A DNA stretch of 64,000 bases from Anolis carolinensis. Lineage: Eukaryota. Position 1 is the stretch's first letter; each line of letters starts with the position of its first letter. The stretch spans positions 7,316,001 to 7,380,000 of the forward strand of contig NC_085847.1 of assembly GCF_035594765.1 (NCBI RefSeq). The letters are read 5' to 3'. The translations under genes and the position numbers were made by a program. The notes under the pieces are model-generated. The model was not told where the DNA came from and made no database searches. It was given only the letters and a program-made list of their open reading frames with translations. Below, piece after piece: positions 12,246-24,100 of the stretch.

Positions 12246-12357
12246 GGCCCTTCGAGACAGGCCCTATATCCCAGGATCTGATCCCAGGTTTTCCATACTG
12301 AGATAAACGGAAAACCTGGGATCAGATCCTGGGGTATAGGGCCTGTCTGGATGGGCT
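12246..12357. mobile_element. Near-perfect ~50-bp-stem palindromic MITE
   Basis: AGACAGGCCCTATATCCCAGGATCTGATCCCAGGTTTTCC - 14 nt loop - GGAAAACCTGGGATCAGATCCTGGGGTATAGGGCCTGTCT. Confidence 0.75.
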
Positions 12358-12441
12358 CTGGGTTCTATTCCTTCTCAAAGGACCAAAAGAGCAGACTCTT
12401 CCCTCTTCACCTTTTTTTCTCTCTCTTTCAAAACAAGCCCC

Positions 12442-12556
12442 GTTGCTTAGCAACCCTGAGCCAAGTCATGACGGATGACTGCTCTGAAAAATGGGTGGGA
12501 CTCGAAGGAGAGGAAGCAACCAATCCCAAGCCTCCAATCTTCCCCTTCGCCCAATA
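12442..12556 (-). promoter_or_regulatory. Probable IQCD promoter: RFX X-box plus CCAAT boxes
   Basis: Palindromic X-box GTTGCTTAGCAAC at 12442-12454 and CCAAT at ~12520, 12534 and 12551, about 500 bp 5' of the IQCD start exon. Confidence 0.6.
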
Positions 12557-12969
12557 GGAGGGCTGATACAGCAAAATGAGCTTCCACAGCCCCTTACTTG
12601 CAGACCACTTGCTTCAACTGCATACTTCAGGTTCCCCAACGACTGCTGGTTCCCTATTGACTAGACTGGGTGGGCAGAAATAAATAAATAGTTAATGACG
12701 ATGTGATCGGAACAGCTTCTGGATTATGATTTTTTAGTCTATGTGTAATCTTTCAACATCTCATTTATGTATTTATATATAGTGTCTTACGATGTTCATG
12801 ATTTAATGCACAATGTAGATGCATTTTGTTTATTTTATATTAATGTGGCATTGAATTATTGCCAATTTGGAAGCCGCTTTGCGTTGGGGTTGAGATAGAG
12901 CCGAGTAAAAATACTGTAAATAAATACATTAAATTGCAATAATGTTGTAATATAATATAGGTATGATAT

Positions 12970-13300
12970 AGGTAAAGGTAAAGGTTTTCCCCTGACATTA
13001 AGTCCAGTCGTGTCCGACTCTGGGGGTTGGTGCTCATCTCCATTTCTAAGCCGAAGAGTCGGCGTTGTCCGTAGACACCTCCAAGGTCATGTGGTTGGCA
13101 TGACTGCATGGAGCGCCCTTTCTTCCCGCTGGAGCGGTACCTATTGATCTACTCACATTTGCATGTTATCAATCTGCTAGGTAGGCAGAAGCTGGCACTA
13201 ACAGCAGGAGCTCACCCCAATCCATGGATTCGAACCACCGACCTTTCCGTCAGTAAGTTCAACAGCTCAGCGGTTTAACCCGCTGTGCCACGGGGGGCTC
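12970..13300 (-). mobile_element. Sauria SINE (full length)
   Basis: tRNA-like head with A/B boxes (GTGGCACAGCGG, GGTTCGAATCC) and a Bov-B-like tail ending (ACCTTT)n. Confidence 0.9.
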
Positions 13301-13452
13301 AATTAATAATATATATATTCTGTATATTACATTGTGTGTATATTGTATATGCATATAATATTGATATAATATTGATAATAATATAATGTCATACATTAGG
13401 ATTCTAATACTACACTATAATAATATATAACAACGTAATCTATTGTATATCG

Positions 13453-13673
13453 TGCCCCTGGTGGTGCAGCGGATTAAACCACTAAGCTGCTGAACTTGCT
13501 TACCGAAAGGTCGCCGGATCGAATCCAGGGAGTGGGGTGAGTTCCTGCTGTTAGCCCCAGCTTCTGCCAACCTAGCAATTCGAAAACATGCAAACGTGAG
13601 TAGATCAATAGGTACTGCTCAGGCGGGAAGGTAAGAGCGCTCCATGCAGTCATGCCAGTGGCCACATGACCTT
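13453..13673 (+). mobile_element. Sauria SINE (3' truncated)
   Basis: Head and body match the neighbouring copies; ends at CACATGACCTT. Confidence 0.85.
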
Positions 13674-13872
13674 GTATATACATATAACATTGATAATACT
13701 ATTATAATGTCATACAATTACCTAAGAATAATACAATTTACTAATATGTAATAATAATATTGTAATATAGTAATACTAATATATTAACTATGATTACTCC
13801 CGATCATATATAACAATATATCATGATATACTATACTGTTTTATGATTGTATCTCTGAATATTTGAAGTTAT

Positions 13873-14198
13873 GGAGCCTCCGGTGGCTCAGTGTGTTAAA
13901 GCGCTGAGCTGCTGAACTTGCAGACCGAAAGGTCACAGGTTCAAATCCGGGGAGCGGAGTGAGCGCCCGCTGTTAGCTCCAGCTTCTGCCTACCTAGCAG
14001 TTCGAAAATATGCCAATGTGAGTAGATCAATAGGTACCGCTCCGGCGGGAAGGAAGGCGCTCCATGCAGTCATGCCAGCCACATGAGCTTGGAGGTGTCT
14101 ATGGACAACGCCGGCTCTTTGGCTTAGAAATGGAGATGAGCACCAACCCCCAGAGTCAGACATGACTGGACTTAACATCAGAGGAAACCTTTACTTTT
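13873..14198 (+). mobile_element. Sauria SINE (full length) with 107-bp flanking direct repeat
   Basis: GGAGCCTCCGGTGGCTCAG...GGAAACCTTTAC; the flanks 13764-13870 and 14200-14306 are near-identical. Confidence 0.9.
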
Positions 14199-14369
14199 TA
14201 ATATAGTAATACTAATATATTAACTATGATTACTCCTGATCATATATAACAATATATCATAATATACTATACTGTTTTATGATTGTATCTTTGTATATTT
14301 GAAGTTGTAATGGTTTTGAATGTGACAAATCGTAGAGAAACAGCGGGATATACAAGAAATAAATAAATA

Positions 14370-14667
14370 CAGTAGAGTCTCACTTATCCAACGTAAATGG
14401 GCCGGCAGAACATTGGATAAGCGAATATGTTGGATAATAAGGAGAGATTAAGGAAAAGCCTATTAAACATCAAATTAAGTTATGATTTTACAAATTAAGC
14501 ACCAAAACATCATGTTATACAACAAATTTGACAGAAAAAGTAGTTCAGTACGCAGTAATGCTATGTGTATTTACGAATTGAGCACCAAAATATCACAATA
14601 TATTGAAAACATTGACTACAAAAATGCGTTGGATAATCCAGAATGTTGGATAAGCGAGACTGTACTG
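14370..14667. mobile_element. Tc1/mariner-superfamily (pogo/Tigger-like) MITE
   Basis: TIR CAGTAGAGTCTCACTTATCCAA, TA target duplication, ~300-325 bp. Confidence 0.85.
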
Positions 14668-14779
14668 TAAATAAATTATAAGGCCCATCTCTTCAGAAGC
14701 ACTGAGGATTTCTCCTCTGCCTTCCCAGATATAATCCCAATGGTTCCCGAAGCCATGTTCCACTCTTTCTTTTCGCTTT

Positions 14780-15142
14780 GGGCCCTGTTTTCCCCAACTT
14801 TCGGCCCTCCAGCTGTTTCGGACTTCATTTCCCAGAATCCCTTCTCATTGGCTCCAACAGCCGAGGCTTCTGGGAGTGGAAGTCCCAAACACTGGAGGGA
14901 GCCGAAGTTTGGGACCCTCCGAGCGGAGAGGCCTGGTCTCGTCTTCGGAGCCTGAGCTAGAGTTGGGGGAAGGGCCTGAAGGGACTTGGCGGGCTTTTTC
15001 GCCTCCGCGGTCCCTCCTTTCTGGCCTCTTTCTCCGCCTCCTTCAGTCGCTGGAGCCAGAGCGAGTGGGACGCCGGCTGAGAGGGAGGAGGCAGCGGCTT
15101 CCTCCATGAGGGCCCGGCGGGACTGCCAAGGGCTTCCTCAGC
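14780..15142 (+). promoter_or_regulatory. TPCN1 CpG-rich promoter / 5' UTR
   Basis: CpG-dense region directly upstream of the TPCN1 ATG at 15143. Confidence 0.65.
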
Positions 15143-18100
15143 ATGGCGGCCAGCCCCGAAGACGACGACGTGCCCCTCATTCTGACCCTGGAAGAGAGCA
15201 GGAGCCCCGCGGCCCTCCGTGAAAGTAAGCCCGGCCTCAGCCTCCCACCTCCCCATCTCTCCTCCTCTCCCCTCCCCGACGGCCATTGGAGCATCCTCTC
15301 CAGGAATTCCCCAGCTTCCAGGGATTTGGGGGACTCCAACTCCCAGAAGCCTCAGCTGCTGTGGCCAATCAGCAGGCATTCTGGGAGATGGAGTCCAAAA
15401 CTCCAGTTGGGGGGATTCCACCAAAGGTGTCCAAATTGCCCCTTCTGGGAGGCTGAGAGAGTGGCCCATGAACTTCCATGTTTCATCTTTGGTGTGAATA
15501 TTAACATGCCATTTTAGTTTGACGTTGGGCTGGATTTTTAATTTTTGGTTCAATTTCCATATTTAATTTTATTTTGACATTGGGCTGGAGCTTTAATTTT
15601 CATTTCAATACAGTAGAGTCTCACTTATCCAACATAAACGGGCCGGCAGAACCTTGGATAAGTGAATATCTTGGATAATAAGGAGGGATTAAGGAAAAGC
15701 CTATTAAACATCCAATTAGGTTATGATTTTACAAATTAAGCGCCAAAACATCATGTTAGACAACAAATTTGACAGAAAAAGTAGTTCAATACGCAGTAAT
15801 GCTATGTAGTAATTACTGTATTGACAAATTTAGCACCAAAATATCACGATTTATTGAAAACATTGACTACAAAATTGCATTGGATAATCCAGAACGTTGG
15901 ATAAGCAAATGTTGGATAAGTGAGACTCTACTGTATTTCATTTTAATTTGACCTTCAGGCTCTAACATGTGACTGGATGCATCGACGTTGTGGAATGGAT
16001 GCTGTTTGACACCGCTTGTGCTGCCCTGGCTTAGTGCAATTGGATCCTGGGAGTTATAACTTGGATCATCAAGACCTTGTCAAACTACAACTCCCATGAT
16101 CCCATAGCATTGAGCCTGGACAGCTCAAGTGGTGCTAAACTGCATTCATTCAACTGTAGTTACAAAAACTTTGTTTCGGGACCCAAAGTATTAAAACATG
16201 GCCTTTAAAATGACTTTCAAGCTATTTATGTATTTATTTGCTACATTAATATCCCGCTCTTCTCACCCCGGAGGGGACTCAGAGCGGCTTACAAATAAAA
16301 TGTACATACAATATATTATTAGCATAGCACAATATAAGCATTAAATTACTATATTGTACTATATCATTATATGGTAATATTATTAGTAATATTATATTTA
16401 ATATACAATTAATATTATATTATATTATTGTTAGTATAATATTGTATTACATTATAATATCATTACAATATATATTTATAAATTATTGTATATTATATGT
16501 GTGTGTGTATGTATGTAAAATTATGCTTAAGATGTCTATGAAACATCAATGTGTTTTGTGTTTAGACTTGGGTCCACTTCTAAGAGATCTCATTACGCAT
16601 ATGCAAATATGCATTACGTAATATGCAAATATCGAAACAAAATGCTGACCAGGAGTCCCCACAAAAGTGCTATCGGCAGTCATTTTGGTGTCACCTGTAC
16701 AGCCCACACCCTCCACTGGAGACCTATGGAATGAATAGAATTTGAGTCTGTTTTGTTTTGTCTTGGCATTGTTTTGTCTGTTGAAAAGCCAAATTCTTTC
16801 ATACAGGAGTGGAAAGCATCCTTTGTTGATGACACATCCTCAAGGGTTAGTCTCTTGCAGAAAAAATGTTCACCTGGAGTCCTGTGTCCCCTTGAAACCA
16901 CTGGGTTCCAGCCAACCAGCCAGCAGCCTCTGTTTTACTAAACTTGCTGCAACATCTTAGTTGTTTTCCTCCACCGCTTCATGCTGCTTGGGGGAGTTTT
17001 ACACCTTTCTGTGTCTCCTGGGAGTACCTTTTCCTGCTTTATTGACATCAGGAGGGCAAAACCCAGGCAAATCAAAGAGACTCTTCAGGGTAGCAGTCAG
17101 TGCCTTGGCCAGCTGGCTAAAACTTAGCAGTGTCTTTCCCTGTTTGCCATCTGCCTCACCTCCGATAGTGTTGAAACTCAGGGCAGGGCCTCTAATGATC
17201 TTATTTTTATGGTGGCTATAGCAAATCCCAACTATTGCATGAGTCAAAATGAGAATGGAGTTTGTAGTGTGTGTTTACTATCTAGTTAAAGGAAACAAAC
17301 AAAAGAGTTTGCAAGGTACTGAAATGTGTGAATGATTCATTGATGTCCTTGCTGACAACATTTAGGAGACAAGCCTTGTCCGTCTCATACTCCACTAACT
17401 TTGGGGGAAAATATCAAGGCAACAGTGATCCAGAACTCTCGCCTGCTTTCCCACAGCACACAGGATCCCTGTTATGAGATGCAACTAACAAGAAGACACG
17501 CACTAAAGAGGAACAGGTTATGGTTTCTTTATTACACATTGGCCTAAATTCTGTTTTTAGTCCTAACCCGTGGAGTAGATCCATTCCATCTATGGGATTT
17601 GACTCACTAGTCAAGAATTGATTGAATAGGACTACTCTTGTGGGGATTAACCACGGGATGCCCACTTCTGTGTATTAATTGGCTTACCCAGCGCCAGGCT
17701 ATTTGTGTTACCAGCAACAGTTTGAGAAAGAACCAGTATTAACTGTGCAATTGTCAATATTTTCTATGTTCAGCATCCCTATGAACTCTCTGTGTTTGTG
17801 TTGATATACATATTACAGAAATCTAGATGTCAGTTCATACAACTGGGGGAAAAGTTGGGCTGTGATGAATTTTGGAGCCTTTCAGGTGCTACAGGTTGTT
17901 TGTTTTCAGCATTTTTGTAGTACTGCAAGGTCTACTGGAAGAGAGGAAACTGGGTGATCTTGAGCAGGTTATTTTCTCTCGGCTTCAGAGGAAGATCATG
18001 GCACACCACACACTGTAAAGTGATTGTGTAATGCAGCGTTGATTGAAAATAGTGCTTGTATGCTTTTAGTTCTATGGGTCTGTTGCCCCATGTGCTCTGC

Positions 18101-21100
18101 TGCATGATGGGCCTGCCGTGTGGGTGGTCTTCTCTGGTGCATGGGTTGTGCAAAGAGCCAAGACTCCTCTAGACCTCATGTTTCAGTTACAGATGGGCAG
18201 AATGCCATACGACTTCCAGTGTAATGAGCTGCTTTCCGCTGATGAAGTCACAGCGAGAATAAATTGGAGTGCTTTGGCTGAGTTGGGCTGTCTGTTATGC
18301 CTAAGATTGTCAATTTATTCTAGTTAATTAGAATCGGAGGTTACCTGCAAATCTTCCCCAGCCATGGATGGCATGCTTGGCATAAATTTGACCAGATAAT
18401 GGGATTGTCGGTAGCATATGCTTTGGCTGGTTTCCTGGAGACTTTTGCTTCTTTGCATTGGTCTTTCGGTCTCCCTGGCCAAAGGCACTTGAGTTCCCAC
18501 AAGGAAACATGTAACCCTCAGGATGATGTTAGCTTTCAGTTCCTGTTGTCCTTTCTTCACCATTGGGCATTCTGATGGGAATTGTAGTCTAACAGCCTTT
18601 GAAGGACCTCCGTAACCCCTGAATCAGGGGAACCAGCTCTAGAGAGTTCTTCTGCCAACTCTGTAAACATAAAATAAACTCTTGTGCGTTGCTCTAAAGT
18701 TTTGGCACTGAGTGGGTGGGTGGGGGGAGCATCTGTAATTATTAATGTTGCTTAAGTGTGGAATAAGGCTTTGGTAATAAGGAAATCCTTTTTAGTTACA
18801 CAAAATGTAAAATAATCCAGTTTGCTTCAGATACACCAGGCCCTTACAGCTCTTGGTCAGGGTATTGATGCTGCTATCAGTGTTCACCATCACTTATCAA
18901 GGGTATGATTGATGTGGGGCCAGGCAGTGTTCTCTGTCTTTTTTTTCTAGGTCGGACAACCTGCAGAATATTTTAAAGAGCACAGGCCTCTTTTGTGCAA
19001 GTTTTCATTCCAGTGCGGAGTAATACAGAGTAAAGTAAGAGAGTTTTGTTGTAGTTCTCAGCTGTGCTGGCATGTTAAAGTTTTGTCTAGTGCTGCCAGA
19101 AGCTCTTAGTGGCTTGAGATCCTTTGCAAGCTACTCAGACTTTTAAACAAGATCGCTTTGAGAGCCTTGTTTGCTAGTATTGGAAAGGAAAATGAGCCTG
19201 AGAAAGGCAGAGATGAAAGTCTGTGCTGGGAAAAAAAACTTTAAAACTGTAACAAGTTTAACAGGGCATTTCCATTTCCATATGAAAGAGTGGAGATTCA
19301 GAGCTGCAGAAGAGTGGTGACAGAGTTATAGGAGTAGCAGAGAGAAATGATTTGAATAGGAACATGGTAAACTGTATTCAGAAAAGTTGCTAGCAGGAGA
19401 GAAAAGGCCAGCAAAAAGTTTGTGTGTGAAGGAATGTCTTTAGCACTAAGTGCGCTCATTGCACCTTCCTCTTGGTTAGTTTGGAAAAGATACACTGCAC
19501 TTTTGCATGCATTTAGAGGCTCAGCTTGTTTTGGAAGCATCCCTGGCTGTTTCTGATGCCACAGCTTCTGAAACAAATCCTGTGCCCCCCTCCTCCCCTT
19601 CTGAAGCACTGAAATGGAATGTTCTGGCTCATAAGCACAACGGAGAGGGAATCTGAGCCTGGAACCCCTCGGGCACTGAAAGAGGGAGAAAAGGCAATCA
19701 GTCCCAGCTCTAACCACTGCACAGATGTTTATGTGTAGTTTATACAGTGTGGCTTATGGAACTGGGAGAAATAAAATGAGATTTCTGAGCAGGGGGCTTG
19801 GCAGCAGGAGGAGGACGCCTTCCCCGATGCTACCTAGGGCAAAGGAGTTTCCTGCAAGCATCGGACTGGCAACGATGACTGAACTCAGCAGGCCCACCTT
19901 TTGTTTTCATCTGGGACTCAAAAACACTTGGCCACAGCCAACATATTTTATCGGAAAGCCACAAGAAGCAGAAAAGATAATAATAAAAACATGCCAAGCG
20001 GATGTATTCCCTGGGAGGCGATGAAAATCTAATCGTTCTTTGTTTCTCCAAGTGGTTCCGCTCTGTGCGTCAAATGTTCCAAGTCAGCTACGGCAAGCGG
20101 AAAGCGACCAGACGCTGTCAAAAACTTTGTCATTTCGGAACTGCAGTTTCAACGTCTCCTAGTGCTTTAGAAATCGTTTATAGCCTCATAACCACCTGTT
20201 CCCTTAACAGAATGGCTTAATGGTGCCGTACATGTAAACACTGCTACCATCCCTCAATGCAAACCAGCAAAGGGAAAAGGCATTATCTTGGGCTTAGGGC
20301 AAAGGAAGATATTGAAAGTTGGCACCTGGAAAGTCATGCTCTTTCTTTCATCCAAGCAGCCTCCAGTCGTTCAAGTGTGCTGGAGAAAGTGCAAAGAAAA
20401 TCGAGTATTATGTTTTACGTGAAGACACTCAAATAACCTAAGTCATTTGGAATGTATTGACTGTGGTTACCACTATCCCCATAAAAACTATACACTGAAG
20501 TTCACAATGAAACTTCCTAGCATCACAGTGATTGGATTGATGTTACTGATGTTGCTGGTCATCGACTGTAATAAATAAATTTGAATTTGATGTTCATATC
20601 ATTACCTTCTCCTTCAATGTTTGGAAGGCTTCTTTTTGGAATGGTCAAGCAAAGCTTCAATGGAGGTACTTCCAAGTGACCGCCCTTATCTATCATATGA
20701 GAAAATTCATTTATACCGTATATACAAGATGTTATCCAGTGAACTTGTTTCTTTATGCTCAATGGTGAGATGTAAGTTTGTCACTGAGTCAAAATTAGTA
20801 GTTCAAATTTGGTATGTAACATCTATAAAGCAATGGTATATAGTGCCGACGTGTTACGATGTGTTTGTCCATAGTGGTGCTTTGCAGCATGTGTTACTTT
20901 TGTGCTGTGCAGAGTCTTTATAAATCTATAAAACTGCACTGAATCAGTGGGGAGCGCCTTTTCAAAGATGAGGGTGTAGAAGGCTGTGTGCTGTTGCGCT
21001 AGAATTTAAAGTAGGCTGCCCATAAATAATGGAAATCTAAACTGGGAGAGAATAAAATGGTTTGTTTGTAACCATGCCGAAGGAAGCAGATGCTTTGGGC

Positions 21101-24100
21101 ATTTTTAGTAGCATCTGGGATAGTAAAGTAAATTCTTCAAAGTTGCAGTCGATGCGTTACGGAGATGGTGAAAATTTAGAACAGAACAAAAGCATTGTAC
21201 TTTTGGATAATGTCTCAAGAAGATGCAAACTGTGGAATGTAAATGGATAAATAGTACAATGAGGACAAACATGAGTTGAGAGAATGAGAGATGGTGATCA
21301 ATGAGTTTTTAAAATGCAAATTTCACTGAATACAGGGAAGATGGGGAAAGAATTTGTTGCTGCTCCTGCTGCTTCTGTTATTTGCTGCCCTTTTTTTAGC
21401 CTGGGACTCACGGAGGCCTACGAAAGTTAAAATAGATAGAGCTGGAAAAAGTACATCATTCAAAAGTTTAAAATATAATTAAAATGAAAACAGTGCAGTC
21501 ACTCACAAAGTTGTGTAATGACAGGTTGCTGGTCCCCAACCTGTAGGCAGCCTATGTCTTAGATGGCAATCTAAGTATTGTGGTGTGCAGTTAAAGTGGC
21601 ATTAAAATGCTGTCATTGCACAGTGTAGTCCACATTAAGTTATGTTTGGCCCTTCGAGTTACATCTCCATCTTGCTTTAAAGGCACAGGTTCTTTACTTT
21701 CTTGAGAGGAAAAATGTGGTATTGGTGTTTAGACTGAAGAAAGGAATAAATGTGTTATTTTTGTGTCATGATCCTGCCAACTTCGAAACAGCTTTCAGAT
21801 ATTGTGCTCTTCTGTCATTTTATCTTTGGGTTCTGCAGAATCCTTTCTCTCCTGGGGAAAGGGGAAGCGTCAGCAGGACCCGAGCATGCTTTCACTGGCG
21901 GTAGTTGGACGGGAAGGATTGTGTGCCCCACCCACCCCCTGGCAATCCTGTCTGCTTGGTTTGGAAGAACTGGTTTATTTTGGCTGACCTATGCTGGCAG
22001 CTAACTCCTCTCAGTAATTTCTTTGCCATTCATATTCCTCCTTCTCCTTGAGTTTGTTTTAGAATGATCCGTTATAAGCTCTAGCTAGATTGGGGAAGCT
22101 TGAGTCTTAAGGTAACCAACTTCCCAGGGTTGTTTTGGGGATGTAAATGGAAAGAAGGCCTGTGTGCTTTGTCTTGAACTTCTTGCAGTCGATGTAACAT
22201 TTTCAGATGTTCAGCGAGGCTTGGCCTTTCTAGTGGTTTTGTGTTCCATTTTTAGTGGAGTGGCTCTGATCTATTAATAAAAGGCAAAAGGACAATGGAG
22301 TGTGACATGGTGGCTGGAAGAACAAATGCTTCATTGGAAGCCTCTGCGCTGGGGTTCTTCTTGAAATAATCCTTGCTGACATGATCATTTGCTTGTGTCC
22401 TCCACTGGCTTTGCTTGTCTTTGAACCTGTCTCAAGTCCTGGCTTTATAATCACACCCCTGGCAGTCTAAATTGAGAGTGCTAGCGTTTCTTTGCCAGGG
22501 CTTTATTCGGCCTGTTAGCCAGCTGAATATTACGAGTTAGTAAACATTTGCATTCCTGTTCCCCCCACCCCACATACACACTTTCGCCGTTATATGACGG
22601 CATCTGGAAGCCGTTTCTATTTCGAGGCCTGCCAGAGCCCCCTCCAATGAATGGAAATGCCTGCCTCCCTGAACCGTCATTCCAGAGGCCTTCTGTAAGC
22701 GGGACAGCTGGCTCCGATGGAACTCCGGGGAGAAGTCACGCGGGCGCAAAGACAGCTTTACCATCTGTGCAGATCTGCCTGCTTGCAGTCCCTCCCTGTG
22801 TCCTCAAGGTTTTTGCAAGCACACTCCTGGAAGCTTTGGCTCTCCTTTGCTCAGCTCTTTGCAGTTTAAATATCTCGGCAACAGAAAGGTTTTATGAAAG
22901 GGACTGTCAAGATGTTGGGGCTCAGTGGAATGCACTCAGAGGGTGAGGTTCTTTAGGAGTCACTGTATGTAGGGATGAAGGCTTCAGGTGCTCTGTCTCT
23001 GCTCTGTAAAGGTCCAGGACAATCTGAGTTACATTCACTACTCCACCCACTAAAATTACACTGACTGAACCACTTTGGTAGATCACAGGGTTATGGCAGA
23101 AGGAATTGTTGTCAAAAATCACCTGCTGTACTTGCAGTGGAGGCTGAACTTGAACAGGGAACCCTGGCTCTTCATTAACAGAGTGCATGTTGCCTGGTGG
23201 TTGGGAGGGACATTGGTGTGTCTAGTATGAGAGATCAGTGGCTGCTGCCAATATTTGTGAGAATTAAAGGTGGGGGGTTGTGAGTCGTGCATGTCTATTG
23301 AAGGAAAGGAAGAATGTAAATGTCAGAAATGAATACAAATGCACAGGAAACCATTAGAGGGAGAGGGGGCATGATTGCGTTCATTTTGGCTTTTGTCAAG
23401 TTGAGCAACTGCTTTTGACATTGGCACAAATCAAAGCTTGCTGCCTGAAGGCCCTTTTCTTCCACTGGAAGTGTGCTGGTGAGGCGCAGGTGGGAAATTT
23501 GGTGACAGCTTGTATGACATATGTGGCGTATATGCTGGGTTGCTCAATGTGAATTATATTTGTTTATGTATTTGCTATTTATAGACTATTGCGTATTAGA
23601 CATTTTCTGGGGGCTTGCAAGAAACAACAAGAACCAATTTTTTAAAATCACAGTTACAGTAAAAATGCAATAAAAGAAAACTATAGAATTTTTTAAAAAA
23701 ACTGGTGAAAACAAATATGACTGACTTGGGCTTTTCTACCTAATTGATGTGCCTTGGATTGATAGGCAAGTAGTATAAACTCTTAGTGGGGTTGTTTGGG
23801 TTCTTGAGATTGCAACAAGCTGTGTTGGAAACTTTCATCATCATCAAAACCTATTATTTATTCCCGGGAGGCCAGCTTTTGTGTTAGATATTCTCTGTTT
23901 TGAGAGCAGGCTTTGAATACAACATGCAGCTGTTACAATAAGCTGAATGTCATTGCTTTGAAAATAAAACCTGGTTCTCAATGTGAAGTCTTGGTTTTAA
24001 TGTTGAAGGAGTGGTTGCGTTTGTCTGCATTTCAGCAAATCAGTTCCTTCAAGAAGAAAGCATATTATTTAATTTTAGAGTTATAGAGTTGGAAGGGACC

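Noticed and set aside
13873-13960. tRNA-like sequence with A/B boxes
   Set aside because: It is the head of a Sauria SINE, not a tRNA gene.
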